A stretch of DNA of 64,000 bases from Candidatus Latescibacterota bacterium (GTDB lineage: Bacteria; Krumholzibacteriota; Krumholzibacteriia; WVZY01): NCBI GenBank assembly GCA_963791045.1, contig CAWBQK010000013.1, forward strand, positions 192,001 to 256,000. Direction: 5' to 3'. This document shows positions 41,051 through 51,112 of the stretch, in pieces. The translations under genes were made by a program, and so were the position numbers. The notes below the pieces were generated by a model, which saw only the letters and a program-made list of their open reading frames with translations, ran no database searches and was not told the DNA's origin. The first letter of the stretch is position 1. Each line of letters begins with the position of its first letter.

Positions 41051-41746
41051 ATGAACATTCGGCGCAGGGCCCTGGCAGAGCTGCACCTCTGGCGAAAATA
41101 CCGCTACGATCGGCTCCGTTGGCTGTTTCGCGAACGGCACGGTTCACTTGGACGCAAGACGTTTCGCATGGGGGACGTCGAGTATTCCTATTTTGTTCAT
41201 CCGTACAACCACACCTGGGCCAACGAACGCGCCGTGGAGATTCCCGTTGTCCGGCCGCTGATGGAAGCCGCCGAACCGTCTTCAACGCTCGAGATCGGCA
41301 ATGTGACGTCCCACTACATTGATTCAGACCATACGGTGGTGGACAAGTTCGAGAGGTGTTTGTTCCGGCCCGTCATCTCCAAGGACATAATTGATTTCAA
41401 CCCAAAACGGCAATTCGAACTAGTCGTGGCCATTTCCACATTTGAACATGTGGGATGGGACGAAACGCCGAGAGATGAAAACAGAGTACTGGTTGCGCTT
41501 CAAAAACTCAGAACACTTCTCACGCCGGGCGGAAAAGCCATCGTTACCATCCCCGTGGGATATAACCAATTCCTCGATCAGCGGCTACCTGAAATTGCGG
41601 CCGGCGACATGTCGGTTCAATGCCTGAAACGCGTCTCCGAAGACAACCAATGGGTTGAGACCGATCTGGAAGACGCCCTCAAGCACAAGTACGGCGAGCC
41701 GTTTATGTGCGCGAACGCGCTCGCCTTCCTGTATTTGGTTGGCTAG
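41051..41746 (+). CDS. Class I SAM-methyltransferase-like protein
   Basis: NERAVEIP, TLEIGNV, ISTFEHVG, LLTPGG. Confidence 0.7.
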   Translation: MNIRRRALAELHLWRKYRYDRLRWLFRERHGSLGRKTFRMGDVEYSYFVHPYNHTWANERAVEIPVVRPLMEAAEPSSTLEIGNVTSHYIDSDHTVVDKFERCLFRPVISKDIIDFNPKRQFELVVAISTFEHVGWDETPRDENRVLVALQKLRTLLTPGGKAIVTIPVGYNQFLDQRLPEIAAGDMSVQCLKRVSEDNQWVETDLEDALKHKYGEPFMCANALAFLYLVG

Positions 41747-41819
41747 TCACAACTTGAAATTGGACACTCGTCCATGTGATATAATAAGTGCGTTCTCCTC
41801 CTGCTGGAGTCGTTCAAGT

Positions 41820-43049
41820 ATGTGTACTGAAAAACTACCAATTCGTGTCCTGGTCTTAAGCTTGGTCAGCATTATCGCGTTTGGTTGCGGCGGTGATAAT
41901 GATGGTATTGTCGAATCCAATCCACGAGTCCTGATTTCGGACATTCAATTTACGGACCCCCACCTCGCTGATTGTGTCGTCGGACTGGGGGCGAAATACG
42001 CGGACGAAGTGGAGATTCTCGAATGCCATGACGCGGAGGAACTGTCCGGTATCGAAGCCCTTTCGAGTTTGAGAGAATTGAATTTAATGGGTTCGGCCAT
42101 CAGCGACCTCTCCCCTCTGTCGCCGCTCGGCGAGCTTCGGGAGCTGCAACTCGGCGCAAGCCCCGATCTGTCTGATCTCTCCCCTCTTGAATCTCTCGCA
42201 AAGCTCAGAAAACTGGGCATTGGGGGAGCCGGAAATCTTGACGATCTTTCGCCTTTAGCTTCCCTGAAACTCCTCTATTTCCTGGATGTGTGGCAAACAT
42301 TACGATTGGGCGATCTCTCGCCGTTGCACTCGCTCCCGCTTCACTATCTGTGGATTTTCGACACAGAATTCGATCTGAATCAAATATCGCCGATGACGAC
42401 GCTCCGTAATGTCTCGCTGATGGGCAACGGCATTGCGGATCTCCAGCCAATTGCATCACTGACAAACCTCGTAGCACTGGATCTGAGCGATAACAACGTC
42501 GTCAATCTCAGTCCGTTATCATCGCTGACAAATCTTACCTCTCTTTCTCTGGATCTCAATTCAGGCCTTAGTGACTTGAGCCCCTTGGAACCTCTTGCGA
42601 ACCTCACGTCATTGGGTCTGAGCGGCAATGACATGGTCGATCTATCCTCCCTGTCATCGCTATCTCAACTGGAGCGCCTGTGGATAAACAGGAATCGAAT
42701 TAATGATCTTACACCCCTTGCCTCACTCACGAATCTGACGTTGTTGAGCGCGGAGTTCAACGAAATCACGGAGATACCCTTATTGTCCGGATTGACCGAA
42801 TTACGGTCCCTGAATCTTGATTTCAACCACATAGACAATGTGTCGCCACTAGCCTCGATTACATCCCTGTCTGAATTGTCTCTGAAATACAACGGCATTA
42901 CGTCGGGAGTTGCGATGCTCACGTCGCTACCAAATGCAACGAAGATTGATTTGAGAGACAACGATCATATCCCGTGCGCGGATTTGGAAATCCTGGTCAA
43001 CGCCCTGGGGACCGATGTTGTTCTCCGGCCCGACAACTGCGCGCCATAA
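41820..43049 (+). CDS. Internalin-type leucine-rich repeat lipoprotein
   Basis: Lipobox AFGC. About 12-13 repeats of 22-23 aa, LxxLxLxxNxIxDLSPL. Confidence 0.9.
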   Translation: MCTEKLPIRVLVLSLVSIIAFGCGGDNDGIVESNPRVLISDIQFTDPHLADCVVGLGAKYADEVEILECHDAEELSGIEALSSLRELNLMGSAISDLSPLSPLGELRELQLGASPDLSDLSPLESLAKLRKLGIGGAGNLDDLSPLASLKLLYFLDVWQTLRLGDLSPLHSLPLHYLWIFDTEFDLNQISPMTTLRNVSLMGNGIADLQPIASLTNLVALDLSDNNVVNLSPLSSLTNLTSLSLDLNSGLSDLSPLEPLANLTSLGLSGNDMVDLSSLSSLSQLERLWINRNRINDLTPLASLTNLTLLSAEFNEITEIPLLSGLTELRSLNLDFNHIDNVSPLASITSLSELSLKYNGITSGVAMLTSLPNATKIDLRDNDHIPCADLEILVNALGTDVVLRPDNCAP

Positions 43050-43422
43050 TTCAAACCCCTCGCCACTAGTTAACAAAATAATATTACTCCCGCAGCGGGA
43101 GTTAAAAACCAACGACTTACACCGATTTTTGGAGAAAAGCTCAAAAAGGACATACTCCATCCCCAAACTGGGCGACATCCGGTGGGCTGGCAAATATTGC
43201 TGAATTCGATTTCGGCGTAAATACGTTTGGAGAAGTTTCGCCGCCCAAATGCATGACTTGCGAACCACCTCCCCAAATCGGTTTCGAACTCGCGAAACCG
43301 GACCGGGACCAGACTGACGCTTTGAACGAACTCTCCGAATAACCAAGCGGAACCCCGCACCAACCGGAGGCAGCGCCAAAAACCCCCTTGAATTCAAACG
43401 GTTTATCGGGCATCCTCACTGT

Positions 43423-43971
43423 ATGGTAAACGCAAAGGCGATCAGCGGCCACATACAGAAACGCCTCACTTCGTTAAAACGCGACGGCGCGGCGGCGGGT
43501 GAAGTGACCGAGTGGCTCATCGAAGAAGATCTCCTCAAGGAAGACAAGCAACCGCACACCCGGCTTCTAACACTGCTACGCGAAGGCAAGATCAAAGGCG
43601 CCTACCAGTTCCCCAACAAACGCTGGGTCGTAATTCGAAGTGCTCGGTTCCCCGACGGCTTGCAGCGCGTCATCCCGATAAAAGAAGCCGCAAAATGGCT
43701 CAAGATCTCGGAGAAAGCACTCCGGCAGTTCTTGAAGGACGGCCACATCAAGGCGCTCGACTTCGGACAGACGCCTGCTCTTTTTCACGAAGACGAGCTG
43801 AAACGATTCCAGAGCACTGTCCTCGACCCGTCGTATGAACTCGGCCTGGTCAAAGGCCTTGGGAAGGGACAGACGGATTTCGACAAGCTCAAACGTCAGC
43901 TCTACTATCTGCGGTCGGATATCCGATTGATCGTGGAGAGGATCGAGGAGCTGATTCGACTGCTCGAGTAG
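43423..43971 (+). CDS. Excisionase/MerR-like (HTH_17) DNA-binding protein with C-terminal coiled coil
   Basis: IKEAAKWLKISEKALRQFLKDGHIKA..LFHEDELKRF. Confidence 0.7.
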   Translation: MVNAKAISGHIQKRLTSLKRDGAAAGEVTEWLIEEDLLKEDKQPHTRLLTLLREGKIKGAYQFPNKRWVVIRSARFPDGLQRVIPIKEAAKWLKISEKALRQFLKDGHIKALDFGQTPALFHEDELKRFQSTVLDPSYELGLVKGLGKGQTDFDKLKRQLYYLRSDIRLIVERIEELIRLLE

Positions 43972-43974
43972 CAG

Positions 43975-45042
43975 CTACGCGAATCTTCCAAGGGTATTGA
44001 TCTGATCGAGAAGCGCTTTGAATCTCGCCGCGCTTCTGTGGTCGTACGAGAACTTGAGTCTCGGCTTGTCGAGGAGCTCGGGTTCGTTGGATTCTTCGGG
44101 GAGCGCGTCCGTCTTCTCAATTTTTCCCACGGTAACAAGGTCGGCAAACTCATCGTTCAGGGTCTTGATCGCCGCGGCGGGGAGATCCCGTTCGAGACGG
44201 ATCACCACCTTGTTCCCCACCTGGCGGAACGAATGATACGTCGAGTAGAACTGTTGGATCTCGTCGACGCCTTTCTCCGCTGAATGAACGATCTTGTAGA
44301 GCGACGGATCCTCCGGCGAAATCAATCCCCGCTCCAGAAGCTCACCGCGCACGAATTCGTCCCACTGCTCCCAGTATGACTCGCCAGGAAGCTCCATAAG
44401 AATAAACGGGCGTGGAGTTGCTTTCTCCGTTTGGAGGAGCGTCAAGGTCTCGAACCCCTCGTCGTGCGTGCCGAACCCGCCGGGGAAAAGCGCAATGGCG
44501 TGCGACTCCATCACAAAAACGAGTTTTCGTGTGAAAAAATATTTGAATGTCACGAGCTTGGGATCGTCGATGATGTATTCGTTGGCGCCCTGCTCGAAGG
44601 GCAGCTGGATGTTGACGCCGAAACTCTTCCCCGTCCCCGCCCCTTCGTTTCCCGCCTTCATGATGCCGTCGGCGGCGCCGGTGATCACCATAAAACCCTT
44701 CTGCGAGAGCATGCGGGCGAACTTGACCGCCATCTTGTAATACGGGCTATCTTCGGGGGTTCGCGCCGACCCGAATATCGACACTTTGCGGATATGCCGG
44801 TACGGCTTGAACGCTTTGAAGGCATAGCGCATCTCTCGCAGCGACCGGTTGATGATCTTGAGATCGAGCATGTCGAGATCGTCGCCCTCGAGCGCGAGCG
44901 AGTTCAAAAGAATCTCGCGGCAAAGGATCGTGCGAAGTGACGAATCACCCTCGGTCAGAATCGACCGCATCGAATCCATGATTTTGTCGATCTGCTCGGG
45001 CTTGAGCGTCTTCTTGCGTCTTGGTGACGATTTGTCACTCAT
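43975..45042 (-). CDS. LOG-family (TIGR00730-like) nucleotide phosphoribohydrolase
   Basis: VSIFGSAR, FKYFFTRK, FPGGFGTHDE. Confidence 0.92.
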   Translation of the reverse strand: MSDKSSPRRKKTLKPEQIDKIMDSMRSILTEGDSSLRTILCREILLNSLALEGDDLDMLDLKIINRSLREMRYAFKAFKPYRHIRKVSIFGSARTPEDSPYYKMAVKFARMLSQKGFMVITGAADGIMKAGNEGAGTGKSFGVNIQLPFEQGANEYIIDDPKLVTFKYFFTRKLVFVMESHAIALFPGGFGTHDEGFETLTLLQTEKATPRPFILMELPGESYWEQWDEFVRGELLERGLISPEDPSLYKIVHSAEKGVDEIQQFYSTYHSFRQVGNKVVIRLERDLPAAAIKTLNDEFADLVTVGKIEKTDALPEESNEPELLDKPRLKFSYDHRSAARFKALLDQINTLGRFA

Positions 45043-45060
45043 ACCGTACTCCCGCCATGG

Positions 45061-45726
45061 TTATTCGAAAATGTCGAGAAGCGGGTGCAAACCTTCCCCA
45101 TTGATCACATAGTCGGCGCCCTCGGCAAGGTTCCTCGACTTGGGTCTGAAGGCGACCAGGTAGCCGACAACCCCGAGAAGTGGAACATCGTTCTCGCCGT
45201 CGCCGACAAACGCCGTTCGTTCAAGGGGAATGTTGTTTCTTCCCGCGATGTCACGGAGCGCGTCGGGCTTCCCGTGCGAATCAAATCGCGTCGCTTCCCA
45301 GGATACCAGTTTTCCCGTGTCGTCGAAGAACACTTTGTTGGTAAAAACTTCATCGAAGGGATGGTCGGGAAAAAGTGTGTCGAGCAGCACGTTCAGCGTG
45401 CCCGATATCACGCTCAGCTTGTACCCGCGATCCTTCAAGGCGTGGACGGTCTCACGCGCTCCGTCAAAGAGACTGAACTCCCGGATGGCGTCGACAATCC
45501 CTTCTCGGGTTGCGCCCCTGTCGATCCAACCCCCGACATCGAGTTGCACCCACCGCTCGTAGGAAAGCTTCCCCTGGCAGTACATTTCATACCTGAGACG
45601 GTTGATCTCGGTGCTGCCGCCAAACTTGAGGTTCAGCACTTCCCAGATCACCATTCCCGTCGGATGGCTGACCAGGGTCCCGTCAACATCGAAACAAATG
45701 AGATCGTATGACTTGTTGTTTTTCAA
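45061..45726 (-). CDS. HAD-IB phosphoserine-phosphatase-like hydrolase
   Basis: FDVDGTL, VISG, K motif, VGDGEND. Confidence 0.9.
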   Translation of the reverse strand: MKNNKSYDLICFDVDGTLVSHPTGMVIWEVLNLKFGGSTEINRLRYEMYCQGKLSYERWVQLDVGGWIDRGATREGIVDAIREFSLFDGARETVHALKDRGYKLSVISGTLNVLLDTLFPDHPFDEVFTNKVFFDDTGKLVSWEATRFDSHGKPDALRDIAGRNNIPLERTAFVGDGENDVPLLGVVGYLVAFRPKSRNLAEGADYVINGEGLHPLLDIFE

Positions 45727-45891
45727 AGTTCCTCAACCTGCGACTCTCGTTCTTTTTGCGATCCAACCCCAGAGACTACCCAAAAAGCAATAGAGGCGCG
45801 GTTCAATCACCCCGCCTCCATCGCAATAATCCATCAAATGTGCATCTCAGTTACACATGACAACAAACCACCCAACCACACCCGGCCCATT

Positions 45892-47850
45892 CTATTTCTT
45901 AGCCATTGCCGCTTTCCGCGACTTCGCGGCCACACTGAAGAGGTACCAGCCAAGTGCGGCAAAAGCGATTGCCGAAACGACCTGTCCCATCCAGTCCGCC
46001 GGGTAATTGATTTCAAAAAACTTGGGCGCCTTGGACATCACGACGGCAAAGACGGCGATCACGACACCCATTAGCCCCTCACCGGCGATAAACCCGGATC
46101 CAAGCAGAATCCCCTGATCCTTGCCCTTCTCGTCGCCTGCGATCTTGTACCGATTCTCAACAAAGTGCCGGATCAAACCACCGATAAAAACCGGCGTCAT
46201 CGTGTAGAGCGGCAGATACATACCGACGGCGAACGCCAGTGGTGGTATGCGGAAAAACGTGATCACAATGGCGAACACGGCGCCAATCCCGACAAGGTCC
46301 CATCGGAGATCACCCCCAAGAACACCATCGAGAACCGTTTTCATTAGTGTCGCCTGCGGCGCGGGAAGCGCGTCGCTTCCAAACCCGTAGGCCTTTCCAA
46401 GGTAGTAGACGGCAAGACAAACAAAGAAAGCAGATCCGGCCGCGCCAATGATCTCGCTTATCTGCTGTTTTCTCGGCGTCGCTCCAATAATGTAACCGGT
46501 TTTCAAATCCTGTGAAATATCACCGGCGATTGACGCCGCAATACAAACGACCGTTCCGATCGTAAGCGCCGTGACTTTGCCCGTCATATCCGTCCAGCCC
46601 AGCAGCTTGAACACAAGACCGGTACCAAGGATTGTTACGATCGCCATCCCCGATGTCGGGTTTGACGACACGCCGATAAGACCGACAATCCTCGAGGACA
46701 CGGTGACAAAAGCAAAAGCAAAGGTGACAATTGCGAGAGCGCTTATTAACCGCATGGCAAAAAACGTGTGTGTCCCGAGGGCCTGGGGTACGACCGAGAG
46801 AACAAAAACGACCAGCGAAATGCCCAACAACACCCACTTGAGCGAGAGGTCCTGCTCTGTGCGGAGCTTGCCCTCGTCGAGTCCCGTCGCGCTGGAACGG
46901 ATTTCTTTGACACCGATCTTGAGCGATTCGAACATCGTCGGGATCGATCGGGCCACCGTGATAATCCCGGCGGCAGCCACCGCGCCGGCGCCAATAATCC
47001 TGATATACCCCTCCCATATCTCCTTCGCGCTCAACTGGCCAACCAGCGTGATCGACGGATCGAGCCCGCGCGAGCGAAGATACATGAGCGTGTTGTCCCA
47101 GATCAGGGTGTCCCCATACTTGTATGCGATAAACGGGATGATCACGACCCATGAAATCAAACCACCGCCGACCATGATCGCACCGATCCGCCGGCCAAGG
47201 ATATAGCCGACGCCGATAAGCGCGGGCGTCGTGGACACGCCGACGACGGCCTTCTTCAAAAGTGGAAGGTGGATTGCAACTTTGCTCGGCCACAGATAAA
47301 AAAGTGAAAGCAGCGCCTTGTAAACCGCGCCAATTCCCAGCCCGACGAACACGTTAGAGGCGGACGAGCCGCCTTCGGACGCGGCGATCAGCACCTCGGC
47401 GGCCGCCGTTCCTTCGGGGTACGGCAGATTGTCGTGTTCCTTGACGATTAAGAATGCCCGGAGTGGAATCATGAAAAGCACCCCGGTCACACCGCCGCAT
47501 ATCGCCAGCAATGTCATCTGGAGCATCGAAGGGTCGTAACCCCAGATAAAAAGCGCCGGGATGGTAAATATGATTCCCGAGGCGAGAGATGAACTCGCCG
47601 ACCCAGTGGTCTGCGATATGTTGCACTCAAGTATGCTCGATCGGCCAAACACGGGGGTGAGTATCCTCAGAATCGCGACTGACACGACGGCGAGCGGGAT
47701 TGCGGTACTAATCGTCAATCCCACGAGAAGCCCAAGGTACGCGTTCGCGCTTCCAAACACAGCCCCCAGAATGACACCGAGAATGACCGTCTTGAAGTTG
47801 AAGTCCTTCATATCGACGTTCGCAGGGACAAACGGTTTGTGTTCTGCCAT
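45892..47850 (-). CDS. OPT-family oligopeptide transporter (copy 1)
   Basis: ANAYLGL, LPYPEGTAAAEV, SSNPTSG, QDLKTG, LPAPQATLM. Confidence 0.95.
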   Translation of the reverse strand: MAEHKPFVPANVDMKDFNFKTVILGVILGAVFGSANAYLGLLVGLTISTAIPLAVVSVAILRILTPVFGRSSILECNISQTTGSASSSLASGIIFTIPALFIWGYDPSMLQMTLLAICGGVTGVLFMIPLRAFLIVKEHDNLPYPEGTAAAEVLIAASEGGSSASNVFVGLGIGAVYKALLSLFYLWPSKVAIHLPLLKKAVVGVSTTPALIGVGYILGRRIGAIMVGGGLISWVVIIPFIAYKYGDTLIWDNTLMYLRSRGLDPSITLVGQLSAKEIWEGYIRIIGAGAVAAAGIITVARSIPTMFESLKIGVKEIRSSATGLDEGKLRTEQDLSLKWVLLGISLVVFVLSVVPQALGTHTFFAMRLISALAIVTFAFAFVTVSSRIVGLIGVSSNPTSGMAIVTILGTGLVFKLLGWTDMTGKVTALTIGTVVCIAASIAGDISQDLKTGYIIGATPRKQQISEIIGAAGSAFFVCLAVYYLGKAYGFGSDALPAPQATLMKTVLDGVLGGDLRWDLVGIGAVFAIVITFFRIPPLAFAVGMYLPLYTMTPVFIGGLIRHFVENRYKIAGDEKGKDQGILLGSGFIAGEGLMGVVIAVFAVVMSKAPKFFEINYPADWMGQVVSAIAFAALGWYLFSVAAKSRKAAMAKK

Positions 47851-48048
47851 GCGGACCGGTCCTTTCAACAGATTGTCATGAAATGGGTTGAACAGCGAGA
47901 ATACACTATCCGCCGCGGCCCCTCCAAGAAAAATCGGCCAAGGTGCTCCCCCGGGGGACCTACCGAACAAACAAACCAGTTTGGACGAACCGATGCGCAT
48001 GGTACAATTCGGCGAAATACAGATACAATTGTTAACCACGGACGATTC

Positions 48049-48639
48049 ATGAGTGACCCACCCAAAAATACAGGCATCGACCCAGCAAGCTGGGTCGACG
48101 AACACGGTGACGTGCTGTACCGTTTTGCCCTCGTAAGGGTCAAGGACGAGCATGTCGCCGAAGATCTCGTTCAGGAGACCTTCATTTCCGCCCTGCAGGG
48201 CCTCGACAAGTTCAAAGGGGGGTCCTCGATCCGCACCTGGCTGGTGGGGATTCTCAAACACAAGATTATCGACCAGTTCCGCAAAGGCTCGCGGGAAATC
48301 GTGTCCGCCGACCTGAGCGCGATCGAAGAGGAAACCGAGGACGAGACTTTCAACCGCTGGGGTCAATGGCGCCAGCCCCCGAGCAAGTGGGGGGAGAGCC
48401 CGGATAACCTATTGGAAGATAAAGAGTTTTGGGGTGTTTTCAAGCGCTGTATGGACGCATTGCCCGAGGGGTTCCGCCGGGCGTTCTCGATGCGTGAGAT
48501 CGATGGCCTCACGACGGACGAAATATGTAAGGTTCTTGATATAACATCGACCAATCTTTGGGTGATGCTTCACCGGGCACGCGGCAAACTCCGGAACTGC
48601 TTGGACAATAACTGGTTCCGAGAAAAAGGCCCGGCTTGA
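48049..48639 (+). CDS. ECF sigma-70 factor
   Basis: AEDLVQETF, TWLVGILKHKIID, NLWVMLHRARGKLRNCL. Confidence 0.95.
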   Translation: MSDPPKNTGIDPASWVDEHGDVLYRFALVRVKDEHVAEDLVQETFISALQGLDKFKGGSSIRTWLVGILKHKIIDQFRKGSREIVSADLSAIEEETEDETFNRWGQWRQPPSKWGESPDNLLEDKEFWGVFKRCMDALPEGFRRAFSMREIDGLTTDEICKVLDITSTNLWVMLHRARGKLRNCLDNNWFREKGPA

Positions 48640-48678
48640 CGAGGCCACCCAGCCAAGGCACCCAAGGAGACACAACTG

Positions 48679-48951
48679 ATGAGATGTAAAGAAATTGCCA
48701 AGCTCCTCTCCGAAGAGAAGGATCATGAGCTCACACTGTCCCAGAAGCTCATGATGAAGTTCCATCTCTCCATTTGCATATTCTGTAGGCGGATGGCCAG
48801 CCAACTCAAATTTATTGAACGAGTTACAGAGAGAATCGGCGGCAACGCCGACGAATCCCCCGTGGCCCACCCGGAGATCTTTTCGGCGTCGCTCTCCCCC
48901 AGCGCCAAAACCCGGATGAAAAATATCCTCGCAGGAAGAAATTTCCAGTAA
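48679..48951 (+). CDS. Soluble zf-HC2 (ZAS) anti-sigma factor
   Basis: N-terminal C..., HLSICIFC (HxxxCxxC). Confidence 0.9.
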   Translation: MRCKEIAKLLSEEKDHELTLSQKLMMKFHLSICIFCRRMASQLKFIERVTERIGGNADESPVAHPEIFSASLSPSAKTRMKNILAGRNFQ

Positions 48952-49114
48952 GAAAACCTGTAAGGTTTCGGACCCGCCCGCGACAAACCACCAGAACATA
49001 CACTTCTACCTGACAGCATATCGAAAAAGGCGGGGCGCCAATGATTTGACACCGTGCACCCCCCCGACGCTGCACCGGCGTTCCGCCTTTCACTACTTCC
49101 AAGCAGACCGGCCC

Positions 49115-49153
49115 AAAAAAAAGGCGAAACCGCAAACGCGGCTTCGCCTTTTT
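49115..49153 (-). terminator. Bidirectional Rho-independent terminator
   Basis: A8-GGCGAAACCGC / GCGGCTTCGCC-T5. Confidence 0.8.
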
Positions 49154-49174
49154 CGAACAATACAGAACGTGGTC

Positions 49175-50830
49175 TTACAGTTTGAAACTGAAACGGCTCT
49201 TGAAATGCCTCAAGAAGAGGTCGCGGCCGTATTCGACTTCGACGGCTGGGATCCGGTCTTTATTCTCGGCCAGAATCCTCATCGATTCGGCAACCGAGAA
49301 CAGATCCTGGTCTTCGTATGTCAGACGCGGAACCGACGCACGAATGAAGTTCACGCGCGGATCGGGCGGAATTTCCTTCCCGTCTTTGTGCTTTCCGAAC
49401 GCGTAAAGCCCCAACTCGCAGAGACGATGCCCCGCGATGAGCATGAGTCCGGTAAACGCGATACCCTTGAAGTCGTCGTCCTTGGCCCCGGACCCTTCAA
49501 AGAAACGGTCGAGGTCGATGTAGACGGCGTGACCACCAATTGGGCTGACGAGCGGTATTCCGTACTCCTGGAGTTTCTCGCCAAACCGGCCCACCTGCCC
49601 GATCCTGTAATCGAGATATTCTTGTTTGAGAGCGGTGCGAAGCCCCTGGACGAGCGCCTTGAGATCCCGGCCCGCCATGCCCCCGTAAGTGGGGTGGCCT
49701 TCGACTAGAATCTGGCGGTCGATCATTTTCATCCAGATGTCCGGGTATTTTTCAATGAACCGGCCCTTCTTTTTGAAAATCATCCCGCCGCCGATATTGA
49801 CCAGTCCATCTTTTTTGAAACTGATATGAAAACCGTCGACGTACGAAAACATTTCGTGGACGATTTCCGTTATCGGCTTGTCCTGGTACCCAGGCTCTTT
49901 TTTCTGAATGAACCACGCGTTCTCGGCAAACCGGCAGGCGTCGAAGAAAAACGGAAGGTTGTAACGGTCGGTAATGGCGCGAACCTGTTTGATATTTTCC
50001 ATCGACACGGGTTGTCCGCCGCCCGTGTTGTTCGTGATCGTCATGTATACGAGTGGAACCCGGTCTCCCATGGTTTTGATGACCGTCTCGAGCGCGTCGA
50101 GATCCATGTTTCCCCTGAACGGAAAACTTTCGTCACCCGCGAGATGTTGCGGGCTTGGGAGATTCAACGGGATCAACCGGCTGTCTTCGATATTTCCCTG
50201 CGTTGTGTCAAAATGGGAATTGCTCGGGATGATAAAATACGGCTGACGCATGCCCTCGATTCGGCCTTCGATACGCGACTTCAACTCGTCCGGCAGTCCG
50301 GCCACCGAGTCTTCCCTCACTTCGGGAATCATCGGTCTTAATTCATTCGAAAACAGATTAAAAAAATTGTGCTCCGCGGCACGTCCCTGATGAAAGATAA
50401 AAAAGGTTTCCCTGTGGTTTATTTCCTGTTGCCACTCAGGACCAAAGGTCTCGGGGATCTGCGCTTTGAGTTCGAAATAACCCTCGTTCGATCCGTACGA
50501 CTCGTCACCCATGACAAGCGCCGCCCATTGTTCGAGCGTCATCGTCGTGGTACCCGAATCGGTCAACAGATCGCAACCGGGAATCATTCTGGCTGGGAAA
50601 CTAAAGACGTTGAGGCCCGTCTCCTCCGCAATCGCCCTCCGCTGCTCAAAGTCTTCGACCGACGAGGCGCCAAATCGGACAGCCACGTTTCGGTATGGTC
50701 TCGGCTGGAAGTAGCGGAGCGGCGGTGTCTTTTCGGGCAACAATTCTTTGAATTTCGATATGAAAAAAGCAATCGAATCCAACTTTACCGCTCCTGTGTT
50801 AATGGGTATAACTTCAATGCTTTCAAGCAA
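49175..50830 (-). CDS. tnaA: Tryptophanase-like beta-eliminating lyase
   Basis: DLLTDSG, HQGRAAE, FDTT, RFAENA, SFKKD (PLP Lys), LRHF. Start uncertain. Confidence 0.85.
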   Translation of the reverse strand: MLESIEVIPINTGAVKLDSIAFFISKFKELLPEKTPPLRYFQPRPYRNVAVRFGASSVEDFEQRRAIAEETGLNVFSFPARMIPGCDLLTDSGTTTMTLEQWAALVMGDESYGSNEGYFELKAQIPETFGPEWQQEINHRETFFIFHQGRAAEHNFFNLFSNELRPMIPEVREDSVAGLPDELKSRIEGRIEGMRQPYFIIPSNSHFDTTQGNIEDSRLIPLNLPSPQHLAGDESFPFRGNMDLDALETVIKTMGDRVPLVYMTITNNTGGGQPVSMENIKQVRAITDRYNLPFFFDACRFAENAWFIQKKEPGYQDKPITEIVHEMFSYVDGFHISFKKDGLVNIGGGMIFKKKGRFIEKYPDIWMKMIDRQILVEGHPTYGGMAGRDLKALVQGLRTALKQEYLDYRIGQVGRFGEKLQEYGIPLVSPIGGHAVYIDLDRFFEGSGAKDDDFKGIAFTGLMLIAGHRLCELGLYAFGKHKDGKEIPPDPRVNFIRASVPRLTYEDQDLFSVAESMRILAENKDRIPAVEVEYGRDLFLRHFKSRFSFKL

Positions 50831-51049
50831 ATTTCAGGCCGAATCAGACAGAAGATATACTAAGCCCCATGGCATGACAAGCAATTATTCTGGGATGGTT
50901 TTTGCATCCTCAAAAGAGCACGCGCGGAACTCTTATCACCCCTTCGGGTACAAGATGGCAACGATATATGTAGAAAACCACAAACGGTTTATGTTAGATT
51001 ATCCGCATATTTAGCCGCGGCGTCGCGGCTTTATACTATTGCGGACAAC

Positions 51050-51067
51050 TGTAAGATTAATCTTACA
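51050..51067. promoter_or_regulatory. Perfect 18-bp palindrome, candidate operator
   Basis: TGTAAGATTAATCTTACA, just downstream of TATACT (51032-51037). Confidence 0.55.
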
Positions 51068-51112
51068 TATCGTGGCCCCCTCTCTTGAGGGGCCCCGCCA
51101 AGGAGCCGATCG

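Noticed and set aside
43423-43971. Prophage or integrative element
   Set aside because: No integrase, att repeats, tRNA or phage genes nearby.
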